From assembly GCA_963718525.1 (NCBI GenBank), contig OY970355.1:1184001-1248000 (forward strand): 64,000 bases of DNA, read 5' to 3'. Of the stretch, positions 1 through 9,492 are shown one piece after another. The position numbers were made by a program, and so were the translations under genes. The notes under the pieces were generated by a model. That model was not told the origin of the DNA. It was given only the letters and a program-made list of their open reading frames with translations, and made no database searches. The number at the start of each line of letters is the position of its first letter. Position 1 is the first letter of the stretch. This DNA is from Candidatus Dormiibacterota bacterium. Lineage in GTDB: Bacteria; Chloroflexota; Dormibacteria; Aeolococcales; Aeolococcaceae.

Positions 1-1351
1 GAACCTCGATGCCGCGCCGGCCGCTCAACGCCACGCTTTCCCGACCCTCCTCGATCTCGACGCCAAGCTCGGCGGCTGCCGCCGGTGTCAGCGCCACGAC
101 CTCGTAGCTCAGGTGGATCGAGTTGTCCGCCTCTCGCTCGTGGTGCAAGCGTCGCAATGCGCGCTGCACCACTCGCTGCGGATATGCCTGGCGTGCGTCG
201 ATGACGTTGATGACGCGCTGGGCATGCCCGAAGTGCGCGGGAGGATCTCCGGGCTGCGGCTGCGACGTCGTGGTCACCAGGCTCGGGTCATTCTCCCAAT
301 GCGTATAGGAGAAGTCGCGCCCGAGCAACCCGAATTTCCAGAGCTGATAAGCGATATCCTTCGCCGTATACGTGGCGATACCGTCAGATTTGACCAGAAC
401 CTTGGTGTCGTCGTCAGCGTCGTCATCCGCCGTGTCAGCCGGCATCACCCAGCAACCGGCGAGCTTGCCGGTCTCGACGAGGACGATCGCTCCTGCCTCG
501 CGCAGCAGCTCGAAGGCGTGACGCCAGAAACCCAGCGCGATGATGTCGGACTCCCAGGTCAGCAGGTCGTAGGAGATGTCGAACCGGCGCATCGTCGCGA
601 GATGCGCGTTGACGATCCGACGCGCGAGGTCCTTCACGAACGCGGCTGTCTCGTTGCCTCCCAACTCCACCTCGCGCAGCACGGCCTGTCGACGCTCGAG
701 GAGTGCGGTATCGGTCTCGTAGCGAGCGGATACCGCGATGTACACGCGCGAGCAATACTGGTCGAACGGCTCGCCAGGCATCGGTTCGATGCCGAGCTCG
801 CGAATGCCCACGACGACGTCTGCGACCTGAACCCCGGTGTCGTCGATGTAGTTGTTCACCTCGACGCTATGGCCGGTGCGCCGGAGGACGCGGGCGACCG
901 TGTCCCCGATGCACGCGTTACGCAGGTGGCCGATGTGCGCGGCTTTGTTCGGGTTGGTCGCCGTGTGCTCGACGAGCGTCTTCCCGGCGCCGCCGGCGGC
1001 TTCGATAGGCACGTCGACCGTGCCTGCCGTCTCGAGGACCGCAGCCGTCGCGAGCACCGCCTCGGCCCAGGCACGGTCGTCGAGGTGGGCGTTGACGTAG
1101 CCCGGCGGGGTCACCGTCCAGGCACGCACCCGAGGTACGTGCGCGGCTTCGAGGCGGGCGGCGAGCTCCTCGGCGATCGCCAGGGGCGCGCGCCGCAGCA
1201 CGCGGGCCAGCCCCAGCGGCGAAGGCGTCGACCAGTCACCGAACTCCGGGCGGGCCGAGCGCTCGACCACGACCTCGAAGGAGGGATCCACGCCCGAGTC
1301 GTCGAGGGCGCGCCGCACGGCCTGGAGCAGCAGCGTCCTGGTGTCAGCCAT
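1..1351 (-). CDS. argS: Arginine--tRNA ligase (3' end runs off the window)
   Basis: Manual minus-strand translation from ATG 1351 (MADTRTLLLQAVRR...). Contains FGDWST, PGYVN, VEHTATNPNKAAHIGHLRNACIGD (HIGH motif), NYIDDTGVQ and KSDGIATY. Absent from the ORF track because it has no stop in the window. Confidence 0.95.
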   Translation of the reverse strand, partial: MADTRTLLLQAVRRALDDSGVDPSFEVVVERSARPEFGDWSTPSPLGLARVLRRAPLAIAEELAARLEAAHVPRVRAWTVTPPGYVNAHLDDRAWAEAVLATAAVLETAGTVDVPIEAAGGAGKTLVEHTATNPNKAAHIGHLRNACIGDTVARVLRRTGHSVEVNNYIDDTGVQVADVVVGIRELGIEPMPGEPFDQYCSRVYIAVSARYETDTALLERRQAVLREVELGGNETAAFVKDLARRIVNAHLATMRRFDISYDLLTWESDIIALGFWRHAFELLREAGAIVLVETGKLAGCWVMPADTADDDADDDTKVLVKSDGIATYTAKDIAYQLWKFGLLGRDFSYTHWENDPSLVTTTSQPQPGDPPAHFGHAQRVINVIDARQAYPQRVVQRALRRLHHEREADNSIHLSYEVVALTPAAAAELGVEIEEGRESVALSGRRGIEV

Positions 1352-1408
1352 ATCGCGCAAGGGTAACGGGGAGCACGGCTCGGTCCCGACCGGCGACAAT
1401 GCGGCGCC

Positions 1409-2269
1409 GTGGACTCGCGACCATGTGTGATCCCGGCCGCGGGCCTGGGGACGCGCTTTCTCCCTGCCACCAAGGAGCTCCCCAAAGAGTTGCTCCCGGT
1501 CCTCGATCGCCCTGTGATCCAGTGGGCGGTGGAGGAGGCGGTCGCGTCAGGCGTCGACGAGATTGTGCTGGTGCTTGCCGAGGGGAAGGAGGCGCTTGCC
1601 GCTCATTTGCGTCCCGATCCTCCGCTCGAGCGGCTGCTCGAGGAGCGGGGCAAGTTCGCGGAGCTGGAGGCTGTGCGCCGGGCGGGGAATCTCTGCCGGG
1701 TGACGGTGGCCCGTCAGGCGTCCCCTCGCGGCCTCGGTGACGCAGTGCTCTGTGCTGCCGGCGCCGTCGGAGAGAGGACCTTCCTCTGCATGCTCCCTGA
1801 CGACCTCTCCCTGGCGGAACCGCCGATCCTGCGTCAACTCTGGAACGCGCATGAGGAGCTCGGGACGTCCATCCTTGCTCTGATGCGGGTCCCCACGGAT
1901 CAGATTTCAAGATACGGATGCGCCGAGATCGCCGAGTCGCGTGGCAAGCTGCATCGGGTGACGGGTCTTGTCGAGAAGCCACCGGCCGCCGAGGCGAAGA
2001 GCGACCTCGCCGTGATGGGCAGATATGTGCTGACCCCGGCGATCTTCCCTGCGCTTCGCGAGACCGAGCCTGGCGCGCTCGGGGAGATCCAGCTCACGGA
2101 TGCGATCGCGCGCGTGCTCGGGACCGGCGAGGTCTGGGGTGTCGAGTTCGAGGGTGAGCTGCTCGACGTCGGAACGCCCGCCGGCTGGCTGGCCACCAAC
2201 ATGCGCCTGGCGCGCGACCACCCGGAGTTCCGCAGCGCCGTGCTTAGCGTCGCTGGAACAGGGGCTTGA
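1409..2269 (+). CDS. galU: UTP--glucose-1-phosphate uridylyltransferase
   Basis: VIPAAGLGTRFLPATKELPKELLP signature, GLGDAV, VEKP, GRYVL and GEIQLTDAI. Confidence 0.93.
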   Translation: MDSRPCVIPAAGLGTRFLPATKELPKELLPVLDRPVIQWAVEEAVASGVDEIVLVLAEGKEALAAHLRPDPPLERLLEERGKFAELEAVRRAGNLCRVTVARQASPRGLGDAVLCAAGAVGERTFLCMLPDDLSLAEPPILRQLWNAHEELGTSILALMRVPTDQISRYGCAEIAESRGKLHRVTGLVEKPPAAEAKSDLAVMGRYVLTPAIFPALRETEPGALGEIQLTDAIARVLGTGEVWGVEFEGELLDVGTPAGWLATNMRLARDHPEFRSAVLSVAGTGA

Positions 2270-2739
2270 TGGACGCTTTGCGGCGGGAGTGGGGTGCGGT
2301 GACGTTCGTGGTCACGATCCTGGTGGGCGCTATCGCCGTCGCGATCTCACTGGGAGTATCGGCCTCCCACGGGACGCCGGTGGTATCCGCGCCTCCGTGC
2401 CCGACCTATACGCCCTACGTGGTCACGCCGACGCCGGTGCCGACGGCGACGCCCAAGCCCACCGTGAGCGGCAAGCCCACTCCGACGCCGACCGCGACCG
2501 CGACGCCGATCCCGACGCCCACCGCCACCGCGGCCCCGTTCAACCCGCAGCTGCAGGGCTGCCCGACGGCGCCGCTCCCGCCGACCGCGGCGCCGACACC
2601 GACCCCCAAAACCAGCCCGACCGCCGTGGGGGCAACCCCCACGCCGGTGCCGACCGCGACGCCGACGCCGGTTCCCACCATCGCGCCGACCGCAACGCCA
2701 CTACCGACTGGCACGCCGACGCCCACCGCGACAACCTGA
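2266..2739 (+). CDS. Membrane-anchored Pro/Thr-rich surface protein
   Basis: N-terminal hydrophobic helix followed by PT/PA repeats and two Cys. Start overlaps the galU stop. Confidence 0.7.
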   Translation: MMDALRREWGAVTFVVTILVGAIAVAISLGVSASHGTPVVSAPPCPTYTPYVVTPTPVPTATPKPTVSGKPTPTPTATATPIPTPTATAAPFNPQLQGCPTAPLPPTAAPTPTPKTSPTAVGATPTPVPTATPTPVPTIAPTATPLPTGTPTPTATT

Positions 2740-2751
2740 TCGCCGAGCGCG

Positions 2752-3279
2752 TCAGAGGGCGAAGAGCAGCCTGTTGCCGTTCTCGGGAGTGATCGACGAG
2801 CGCTGCAGCTCGATGTCGACCGACGGCGCATGCCCGGTATCGATGACCACGGCGATCCGCTCGGAGAGGCGCAGCCCGCCGATGCGTACGCAGTCGCGGA
2901 GGAAGGTGAACGCCATCGGGCGGACGAGATTCCAGATGTACCCGCGGACGGCCTGGGCGGTGTCCGCCGATTCCAGCAGAGTCTCACCCGCGCGCATGCT
3001 TCGATCCTGGAACGCCAGCACGCAGACCTCGTCGGTCAGCTGTACCGGGGAGGTCCAAGAATACTGGTCGTCAGCAGCGTGCGACCCGACGATCCGATCC
3101 TTGTCGGCGAAGAGTGCCAGGCGCTCCACGAGCAGCTGCATCGGACCGGCCGGCCCTTCGACAAAGAGGGGGATGTCGCGGAGCGGCTCGCTGCGCTCCT
3201 GTGCCGGATAGCGCGCCGAGAATCCAAGATCCTCAATGCCGCTGAAGGGCGCGGGCACCTTGATGACCAGCTCGTCCAT
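2752..3279 (-). CDS. Hypothetical protein (175 aa)
   Basis: ATG start, protein-like composition, fills the gap between flanking genes. No recognisable motif. Confidence 0.7.
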   Translation of the reverse strand: MDELVIKVPAPFSGIEDLGFSARYPAQERSEPLRDIPLFVEGPAGPMQLLVERLALFADKDRIVGSHAADDQYSWTSPVQLTDEVCVLAFQDRSMRAGETLLESADTAQAVRGYIWNLVRPMAFTFLRDCVRIGGLRLSERIAVVIDTGHAPSVDIELQRSSITPENGNRLLFAL

Positions 3280-3396
3280 CAGCGAGCCTCACTCATCAGG
3301 ACTTTCACGTTGCTCATCACGACAACCCTGTGCGCGAATCTACCACAGGCATTGAGCGAATCGAGCGCGTGGAGTGATTGCTACACTCGCGCGACG

Positions 3397-4566
3397 ATGC
3401 CGGCACTCGACGACGTTCGAGTCCTCGACCTGACCAGATTGCTCCCAGGTCCGTTCTGCACCTTGATGCTCGCGGATTTCGGTGCGGACGTCGTCAAGGT
3501 TGAGGACACCACCGGCGGTGACTACATGCGCTGGATGCCGCCGCTCGTCGACGAGTACTCCGCGATGTTCCACCCGCTGAATCGCAACAAGCGTTCGCTG
3601 GCGATCGACCTCAAGCATGCACTCGGGCGTGAGGCGTTTCTCCGCCTCGCCGCCACTGCCGACGTGGTCGTCGAGAGCTTTCGCCCGGGCGTGATGGACC
3701 GTCTCGGACTGGGGTTCGCCACGCTGCACGAGGCCAATCCCAAACTGGTGCTCTGCAGCATTAGCGGTTATGGCCAGGATGGACCGTTTCGTGAGCGTGC
3801 GGGGCACGACCTCAACTATGCGGCCGTGGCCGGTGTGCTCCTGCTCGGTGGCAGTGCCGCTGAGGGTCCGGCGATGCCCGGGCTGCAGGTGGGGGACCTC
3901 GGTGGCGGTGCGCTGGATGCCGCGCTCGCGATCATGGTCGCGCTCCATCACGCAGCTCGCACCGGGCAGGGGCAGCACTGCGACGTCTCGATGGTCGATG
4001 GGCTGATCAGCTGGACCGCGGTGCATGCTTCGCAACTCTTTGCGACGGGGGCGGTGCCGGGGCCGGGCGATGGTCTGCTGACCGGGCGCTTTCCGTGCTA
4101 TCGGATCTATGCCTGCGCCGACGGGTACCTGTCGGTCGGTGCGTTGGAGCCGAAGTTCTGGCGTGAGTTCGTCGAGGTCATCGGCGTCCCCGAGCTCGCC
4201 GACAGTGGCCTCGTCGCAGGCGACGAGGGGCGCCGCGCGATCACCGCAGTCGAGGCGGTGTTGCGCACCAGGACGCGCGCGCAGTGGGAGCTGGCGCTTG
4301 CGGGACATGACGTCTGCGTCGAGCCGGTGCTCGACGTCGGCGAGACCTTCGAGCATCAGCAGGTACGCAGCCGCGCGATGCGTCTCGACGCCGGTGAGGG
4401 GAGACCGACCGCTCAGACGGGCTTCCCCATTCGGCTCATGGGCACGCCGGCCGCCTATCGCCGCGCCGCGCCCGGGTACGGGGAGCACACGGATGAGGTG
4501 CTCGCCGAGGCAGGCCTCGACACTGCGGAGCTTTCGATGCTGCGCGCGTCAGGGGTGATCAGATGA
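3397..4566 (+). CDS. CaiB/BaiF family (class III) CoA-transferase, AMACR-like
   Basis: VLDLTRLLPGPFC..LADFGADVVKVE, NRNKRS, ESFRPGVMDRLGL, ISGYGQDGP, GHDLNY and GEHTDEVL. Start placed at ATG 3397. Confidence 0.92.
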   Translation: MPALDDVRVLDLTRLLPGPFCTLMLADFGADVVKVEDTTGGDYMRWMPPLVDEYSAMFHPLNRNKRSLAIDLKHALGREAFLRLAATADVVVESFRPGVMDRLGLGFATLHEANPKLVLCSISGYGQDGPFRERAGHDLNYAAVAGVLLLGGSAAEGPAMPGLQVGDLGGGALDAALAIMVALHHAARTGQGQHCDVSMVDGLISWTAVHASQLFATGAVPGPGDGLLTGRFPCYRIYACADGYLSVGALEPKFWREFVEVIGVPELADSGLVAGDEGRRAITAVEAVLRTRTRAQWELALAGHDVCVEPVLDVGETFEHQQVRSRAMRLDAGEGRPTAQTGFPIRLMGTPAAYRRAAPGYGEHTDEVLAEAGLDTAELSMLRASGVIR

Positions 4567-5216
4567 GCCAGGCCGGCGACGTGGCACAGGGCCCGCGCCA
4601 CGCTCCCCGGAGCACCCGGAGCGCGCAGACCCGCGAGCGCATTGTCGCCGCCGCCATCGAGGTGTTCGCCCGCTCCGGCTTTCACGGCGCGAAGGTCGCC
4701 GACATCGCCGAGCAGGCGGGCATCGCGTACGGGCTTGTCTACCACTACTTTCACAACAAGGAGGACATCCTCGCGGCGATCTTCACGGAGCGCTGGGCGG
4801 AATACGTCACCTATCTCCACGACGTGGCGAGCATGGAGATCGGCTTCCGTGAACAGATGCGACGCCTCGTGCACTTCTGGGTCGAGGTCTATCGGCGCGA
4901 GCCCGGCCTGATGACCGTGATGATCAACGAGGTGACGCGCTCCTACGAGTTCCTCGAGTCCCACGACATCGGCACCGTGATGGCGGCCTTCGATGTCATC
5001 GAGCAGATCATCCGCAGCGCACGCGACCGCGGCGAGGTGGCCGCCGGCGTCGATCCTCAGCTCGCGAGCTACGTGGTCTTCGGCGCCGCCGAGATGGTCC
5101 TGAGCGGCTATGTCATCGGCACGCTGCGTCGTGACGATGCTGCGGCATTCAGCGCCGACGAGGCGCAGATGCTCGAGGTGCTCCTCGACGGTCTCGCGCC
5201 GCGCTCGTCTACCTGA
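4563..5216 (+). CDS. TetR/AcrR family transcriptional regulator
   Basis: N-terminal HTH IVAAAIEVFARSGF...IAEQAGIAYGLVYHYFHNKEDIL. ATGA overlap with the upstream gene. Confidence 0.92.
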   Translation: MSQAGDVAQGPRHAPRSTRSAQTRERIVAAAIEVFARSGFHGAKVADIAEQAGIAYGLVYHYFHNKEDILAAIFTERWAEYVTYLHDVASMEIGFREQMRRLVHFWVEVYRREPGLMTVMINEVTRSYEFLESHDIGTVMAAFDVIEQIIRSARDRGEVAAGVDPQLASYVVFGAAEMVLSGYVIGTLRRDDAAAFSADEAQMLEVLLDGLAPRSST

Positions 5217-5802
5217 CGGTGGCATCCCACCAGAGGTTGACGGCGCGAGACGTCGCATCAAAACCGCCACCGTTGTCGATGACCCACGTTGCTCTGAGCC
5301 GCTTCTCGTCGATGGGAAGCTGTGCCGCGAGCCGCTGCAACGCGGCAGTCTCGTCGAGGCCGTTGCGCTCGCGCAGCCGTAGGAGCTGCACCTCGCGCGG
5401 TGCGTAGACGAGCAGGACTCCTTCGAACATCGCTTCACGCTCGTTCTCGAAAAGCAGCGGCATGTCGACGGCGACCAGTGGCGCCGGGCCTGCCAGCGCG
5501 GCTGCAACACGCTCCTGAGTCAATTCGAAGATCCGCGGATGCGTGATCTGCTCGAGGTCGCGGCGTGCCGACGGATCCGCGAACACGACGTGACCCAGGC
5601 GTGCGCGGTCGAGCGTGCCGTCGGCCTGGATCATGTCCCCGCCAAATCGCGCGGCCACCTCGTCCAGGGTGGCCTCACCGGGGCGCACCGCCTCACGGGC
5701 AAGCTCGTCGGCGTCGACCACGACAGCCCCGCGCTGCTCGAGCATCCGGTCGACCGTGCTCTTGCCGGTCGCGATTCCCCCGGTGATGCCGATCAGGCGC
5801 AT
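5209..5802 (-). CDS. coaE: Dephospho-CoA kinase
   Basis: MRLIGITGGIATGKSTV (P-loop), VDAD, LDRARLG..VF, LEQITHP and DMPLLFE. Confidence 0.93.
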   Translation of the reverse strand: MRLIGITGGIATGKSTVDRMLEQRGAVVVDADELAREAVRPGEATLDEVAARFGGDMIQADGTLDRARLGHVVFADPSARRDLEQITHPRIFELTQERVAAALAGPAPLVAVDMPLLFENEREAMFEGVLLVYAPREVQLLRLRERNGLDETAALQRLAAQLPIDEKRLRATWVIDNGGGFDATSRAVNLWWDATVR

Positions 5803-5843
5803 GGTCGTGGACCGTACTCCTGCAGGGCCGCCGACAGCAGCGA

Positions 5844-7445
5844 TCAGCCAGGCACCGGCGTGGCACACGAATCTCCGGACGCCCACGACGCGTCGCCGTC
5901 GACGTACAGGAGCATACCGTGGTCATCAGCGACCAGCGTCCACCCCGGTGTCGCGGCGAGCTCGTCGGTGAGCGCGCCTTTGGTGTACAGCACCGCCGTG
6001 GTGCCGCTCGACGTCAGCAATTGCAACGCCGTCGGTGTCGTCCTGGCACCGGCGGCGATGCGCAGGTACTCGTCGAACACCGCAGTCCCGAGCGAGATCG
6101 ATTCCCCGTATTCGTACACCGATGCGTGCGGCCAGATGCGGTAGATCACGTAGCCGCCGGTCCCATATGCGGTGAACACGCGCTGGGTCGTCGGGCTTCT
6201 CGCGAGCAGCGATGTCGCGCATGCGGGATACGCGGCGGCGATCCCGTGGGGCGTGGCACTCTGTGCCACCCGCACGCCAACGACACCGACACCGAACACG
6301 CCGACCGCGATGAGCGCGATGCCCATCGCCGGCAGGTTCCTTCCCGCTCGCACCGTTTGACGCCGAGGTGCGCGCTGCGCGGCTAACGATCGCACCACTC
6401 CGGCGGTCATCGCGATCCACGGCGGGATCATCACCGCGACGCAGATCGCCGTGTTGCGAACCGACGTGAGCGCGAGTCCGGCACCGACCACCGCAAGCGC
6501 GACGTCGCGAAGCTCGAAGTTGCCTCGCAGTGACCGGCGAGCGAGGACCGTGATCGTGAGCGCGGCAAAGGTGACCAGCAGCGCAAGCAGCACCCACATC
6601 GCCGGGTCGGCGAAGTTCGGAGACTGCCACTCGATGATGCCCTTCTGACGCTCCGCCGCCCCCGTGGTGGCGGCGAACAGGAAGAGTTTCGGCCCGTACG
6701 GGTTGACGCATGCTGCGAGCACCGAGACACCGACGGCGCTGGCGAGGCCGGTGATGCGCCGCCGGGGAGCGACCGCGCCGATCGACCAGCGACGCTTGAC
6801 CGCCTCGACCACGACGACGATCACCAGGAAGCCGATTCCCGCGATGAACCCGGCGTGCAGGTTCGCCCAGAGGAGGAACAGCGGCGGCAGCAACCAACGC
6901 CGCCGCCCGCCAACCCGCAGGTACGATTCGGCGATCAGCAGCGTCCAGCAGACAAACGCGAACGTGAAGACCTGGGGACGGGTGCCGAGCACAGGTTCTG
7001 CGACACGAGCCCCGAGCGCGACCCCGATGGCGAGAACCACCGGCCCGGCGCCGCGCAACCGGCCTCGCAGCACGGTGGCGATCATGGCGCTCCAGGCAAC
7101 GAGAGCCATCAGCACGGTCACCGCAACGAGCCCGCCCACAGCGGCGAGCGCCGCGAAGATCGTCTCGGACAGCCATTCGTGCGCCACCAGCGGATTGCCG
7201 AACGCCGTGTACGCGAACAGCTCCCCGGCGGGGACCTGATGGTGGGCGATGATCCAGTCGCCGAGGCGGATGTGCCACCAGACATCCGGGTCGCTCAAGG
7301 CGTCCAGACCGACCGCGCCCGTGAGGATCAGCACTGCGCCGAGCAGCGCTCGGCGTGGATCGGACAGCCAGGCGAGCGGACCGCGGCGAACCGGGGGTGC
7401 CCCAGGCGGGAGAGGCGGCGGAGCAACTCGGGTCAGCGTTGCCAT
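5844..7445 (-). CDS. Polytopic membrane protein, possibly GT-C-like glycosyltransferase
   Basis: More than 10 hydrophobic segments with DPDVWWHIRLG in the first loop, HEWL, RPQ, WANLHAGF, NPYG and IIEW motifs. The GT-C role is an inference. Confidence 0.65.
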   Translation of the reverse strand: MATLTRVAPPPLPPGAPPVRRGPLAWLSDPRRALLGAVLILTGAVGLDALSDPDVWWHIRLGDWIIAHHQVPAGELFAYTAFGNPLVAHEWLSETIFAALAAVGGLVAVTVLMALVAWSAMIATVLRGRLRGAGPVVLAIGVALGARVAEPVLGTRPQVFTFAFVCWTLLIAESYLRVGGRRRWLLPPLFLLWANLHAGFIAGIGFLVIVVVVEAVKRRWSIGAVAPRRRITGLASAVGVSVLAACVNPYGPKLFLFAATTGAAERQKGIIEWQSPNFADPAMWVLLALLVTFAALTITVLARRSLRGNFELRDVALAVVGAGLALTSVRNTAICVAVMIPPWIAMTAGVVRSLAAQRAPRRQTVRAGRNLPAMGIALIAVGVFGVGVVGVRVAQSATPHGIAAAYPACATSLLARSPTTQRVFTAYGTGGYVIYRIWPHASVYEYGESISLGTAVFDEYLRIAAGARTTPTALQLLTSSGTTAVLYTKGALTDELAATPGWTLVADDHGMLLYVDGDASWASGDSCATPVPG

Positions 7446-7522
7446 GCGAGCGCAGCGTAGGTGTCGCGCGCTCGCGTACACCGATCGCGGCCGGCTGGCG
7501 ACAGATTCGTATACTCCACGCG

Positions 7523-8032
7523 ATGTCCACCGAGACGCGGTCTCCCAAGCGCCGGCAGACGTCGGCGAGCACGAGCACGCGTCACGCGCCCGCCCCGGCT
7601 GCGAGTTACTCAGGTCATACGATCTCGTGGCGCCACTGCCTGCTCGGGCTGCTTGTCGGAGAGATCGCCCTGCTGGTGCTCAGCAACCTCGAACTCATCG
7701 CCACCAATGCGGCGTTCGGCTCCTCGGGCAGCATCGATGGTGGCGTGGTCGGCGTTTCGACGCTCCTTGCGGTCATCGCCGGCGGCTGGCTCGCGGCGAA
7801 GCTGGCCGGCCGTGCCGGTCTGTATCAGGGGATCGTGGTCGCGATCGGCTTCATTGCCGTCGGCGCGATCTACACCTTCTTCCAGGAGTCGTCGATCATC
7901 GCGTCATCGCTCGCGACCAACAGCCATCACCTGATCGATCTCGGGCCGATGGACCTGGGCAACCTGTTCAGCGGCGATCTGCTCGCGCTGTTCGGCGGCT
8001 CGGTGGGCGGCCTTCTGTCAGGAAAACGATAG
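7523..8032 (+). CDS. Small membrane protein (about 4 TM, Gly-rich)
   Basis: ATG 7523 (MSTETRSPK), four hydrophobic helices, C-terminal GGSVGG. Confidence 0.7.
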   Translation: MSTETRSPKRRQTSASTSTRHAPAPAASYSGHTISWRHCLLGLLVGEIALLVLSNLELIATNAAFGSSGSIDGGVVGVSTLLAVIAGGWLAAKLAGRAGLYQGIVVAIGFIAVGAIYTFFQESSIIASSLATNSHHLIDLGPMDLGNLFSGDLLALFGGSVGGLLSGKR

Positions 8033-8076
8033 ATCACACGCCCCGCACACCGTGGCCGCATCAGACAGGCCCCGGG

Positions 8077-8376
8077 TCAGACTCCTACGGCTCCCGCCTG
8101 CGCAGGCTGACCCGAAATCGGGACCTCGCGATAGGACTGGCCGATGAGATCAACCCGGCCCAGCGATTGGGCGAACTCGAGGCACGCGGCGCGCGTGAAT
8201 CGGAGGTGCTTTCCGGGCGTATGCCAGGCGCGCAAATGACCCTGAGCGACGGCGCGACGTAGCGTCGAACGGGACACACCGCAGAGTGCCGCCGCTTCGC
8301 CAGTTGTGAGGATCTCTTCCTCGCGCTCTGCCAATTCCTCCTCCTCCAGACCGTCAGCGTAGAGAGACCCGGACAC
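8077..8376 (-). CDS. Excisionase-like/BldC-like MerR-type HTH DNA-binding protein
   Basis: ILTTGEAAALCGVSRSTLRRAVAQGHLRAWHTPGKHLRF matches the HTH_17/BldC pattern. Start is uncertain (GTG 8376). Confidence 0.8.
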   Translation of the reverse strand: MSGSLYADGLEEEELAEREEEILTTGEAAALCGVSRSTLRRAVAQGHLRAWHTPGKHLRFTRAACLEFAQSLGRVDLIGQSYREVPISGQPAQAGAVGV

Positions 8377-8522
8377 GGATCCCAAGGTGCAGTTATACAA
8401 CGCTTTGGATGCGACGTGTGGGTCATCCCGTTGAGTGATGCTGGGACCGTAGCGACCGAACGTATACTCCAGGCGAGGCTACCTGATGCACCAGCCCGGT
8501 TGAGAAGGCGCGAGGATCACCA

Positions 8523-9479
8523 ATGAACGTCGATGTCCAGGCAATGGCTCGGCGTCTGCAGGAGAGCCTGGGAACGGTCATCGTTGGGAAGGAAGCGGAG
8601 ATCGAACTCTGCATCGTCGGGCTTCTGTGCCGCGGTCACCTTCTCATCGAGGACGTCCCGGGCACCGGCAAGACGCTCCTCGCCAAAGCTCTCGCCCGCA
8701 GCAGCGGGTGCAGCTTCGAGCGGGTCCAATTCACGCCCGACCTGCTCCCGGGCGACGTGACCGGCGTCAGCGTCTACAACCCTCAGGCGCAGACCTTCGA
8801 ATTCCGGAAAGGGCCGATCTTCGCCCAGGTCCTGCTCGCGGACGAGATCAATAGAGCCACGCCGAAAACCCAATCGGCGCTGCTCGAGGCAATGGAGGAG
8901 TGGCAGGTGACCGTGGATGGCACCAGCCATCCGTTGCCGGACCCGTTCATGGTGCTGGCGACCCAGAACCCGATCGAACTGGGCGGCACCTTCCCGCTCC
9001 CGGAGGCGCAGGTCGACCGATTCCTGCTCAAGCTGCGCCTCGGTTACCTGCCTGCAGATGAGGAGGTGGCGATGCTCGACCGCTTCCAATCGGGAAGCCC
9101 CCTCGGGTCGCTCGAGCCGGTCACCGACGCGGCGGAGATCAAGGCCGCCCAGGCGGTCTGCAGGGACATCTACTGCGACGCGTCGCTCAAGGAATACTGC
9201 GTGCGCATCGTCCGGCGGACCCGCGACCATCGCGACGTGTCGCTCGGATCGTCGCCACGTGGCACGCTGGGGTTGCTCCACGCTGGACAGGCTCGAGCTG
9301 CGCTCGCCGGACGTGACTTCGTGCTGCCGGACGACATCAAGGACATCGCCGCGAACGTGCTCGAACACCGGGTCATGCTCCGTCCGAATGCGGAGCTGCG
9401 GGGCCTCACCGCCTCAGCCGTGCTCGAGGAGGTGCTGGCGACGGAGTCGGTGCCGATGACGGGCCGGCGTCTGGCGTGA
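8523..9479 (+). CDS. moxR: MoxR family AAA+ ATPase
   Basis: HLLIEDVPGTGKT, RVQFTPDLLPGD, LADEINRATPKTQSALLEAMEE and ATQNPIE..GTFPLPEAQ.DRF. Confidence 0.95.
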   Translation: MNVDVQAMARRLQESLGTVIVGKEAEIELCIVGLLCRGHLLIEDVPGTGKTLLAKALARSSGCSFERVQFTPDLLPGDVTGVSVYNPQAQTFEFRKGPIFAQVLLADEINRATPKTQSALLEAMEEWQVTVDGTSHPLPDPFMVLATQNPIELGGTFPLPEAQVDRFLLKLRLGYLPADEEVAMLDRFQSGSPLGSLEPVTDAAEIKAAQAVCRDIYCDASLKEYCVRIVRRTRDHRDVSLGSSPRGTLGLLHAGQARAALAGRDFVLPDDIKDIAANVLEHRVMLRPNAELRGLTASAVLEEVLATESVPMTGRRLA

Positions 9480-9492
9480 CCGGCATCGCGGC

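Noticed and set aside
113-1366. 417-aa plus-strand ORF, and similar long antisense ORFs such as 13735-16167, 5926-7578 and 10568-12280
   Set aside because: These are shadow or alternate frames of argS, clpB and other clear genes, which is typical of high-GC DNA.
2400-2735. CCGAC(G/C) repeats here and at 26500-26700 as a possible CRISPR or tandem array
   Set aside because: They are codon-level repeats encoding Pro/Thr tracts, with no constant repeat-spacer structure and no cas genes.
3275-3325. CTGATGA and GAAA hammerhead-like words on the minus strand
   Set aside because: The core elements are in the wrong order and stems I-III cannot be formed.
8077-8376. Excisionase as evidence for a prophage or ICE
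   Set aside because: No integrase, att site or phage genes nearby; the flanks are ordinary backbone genes.
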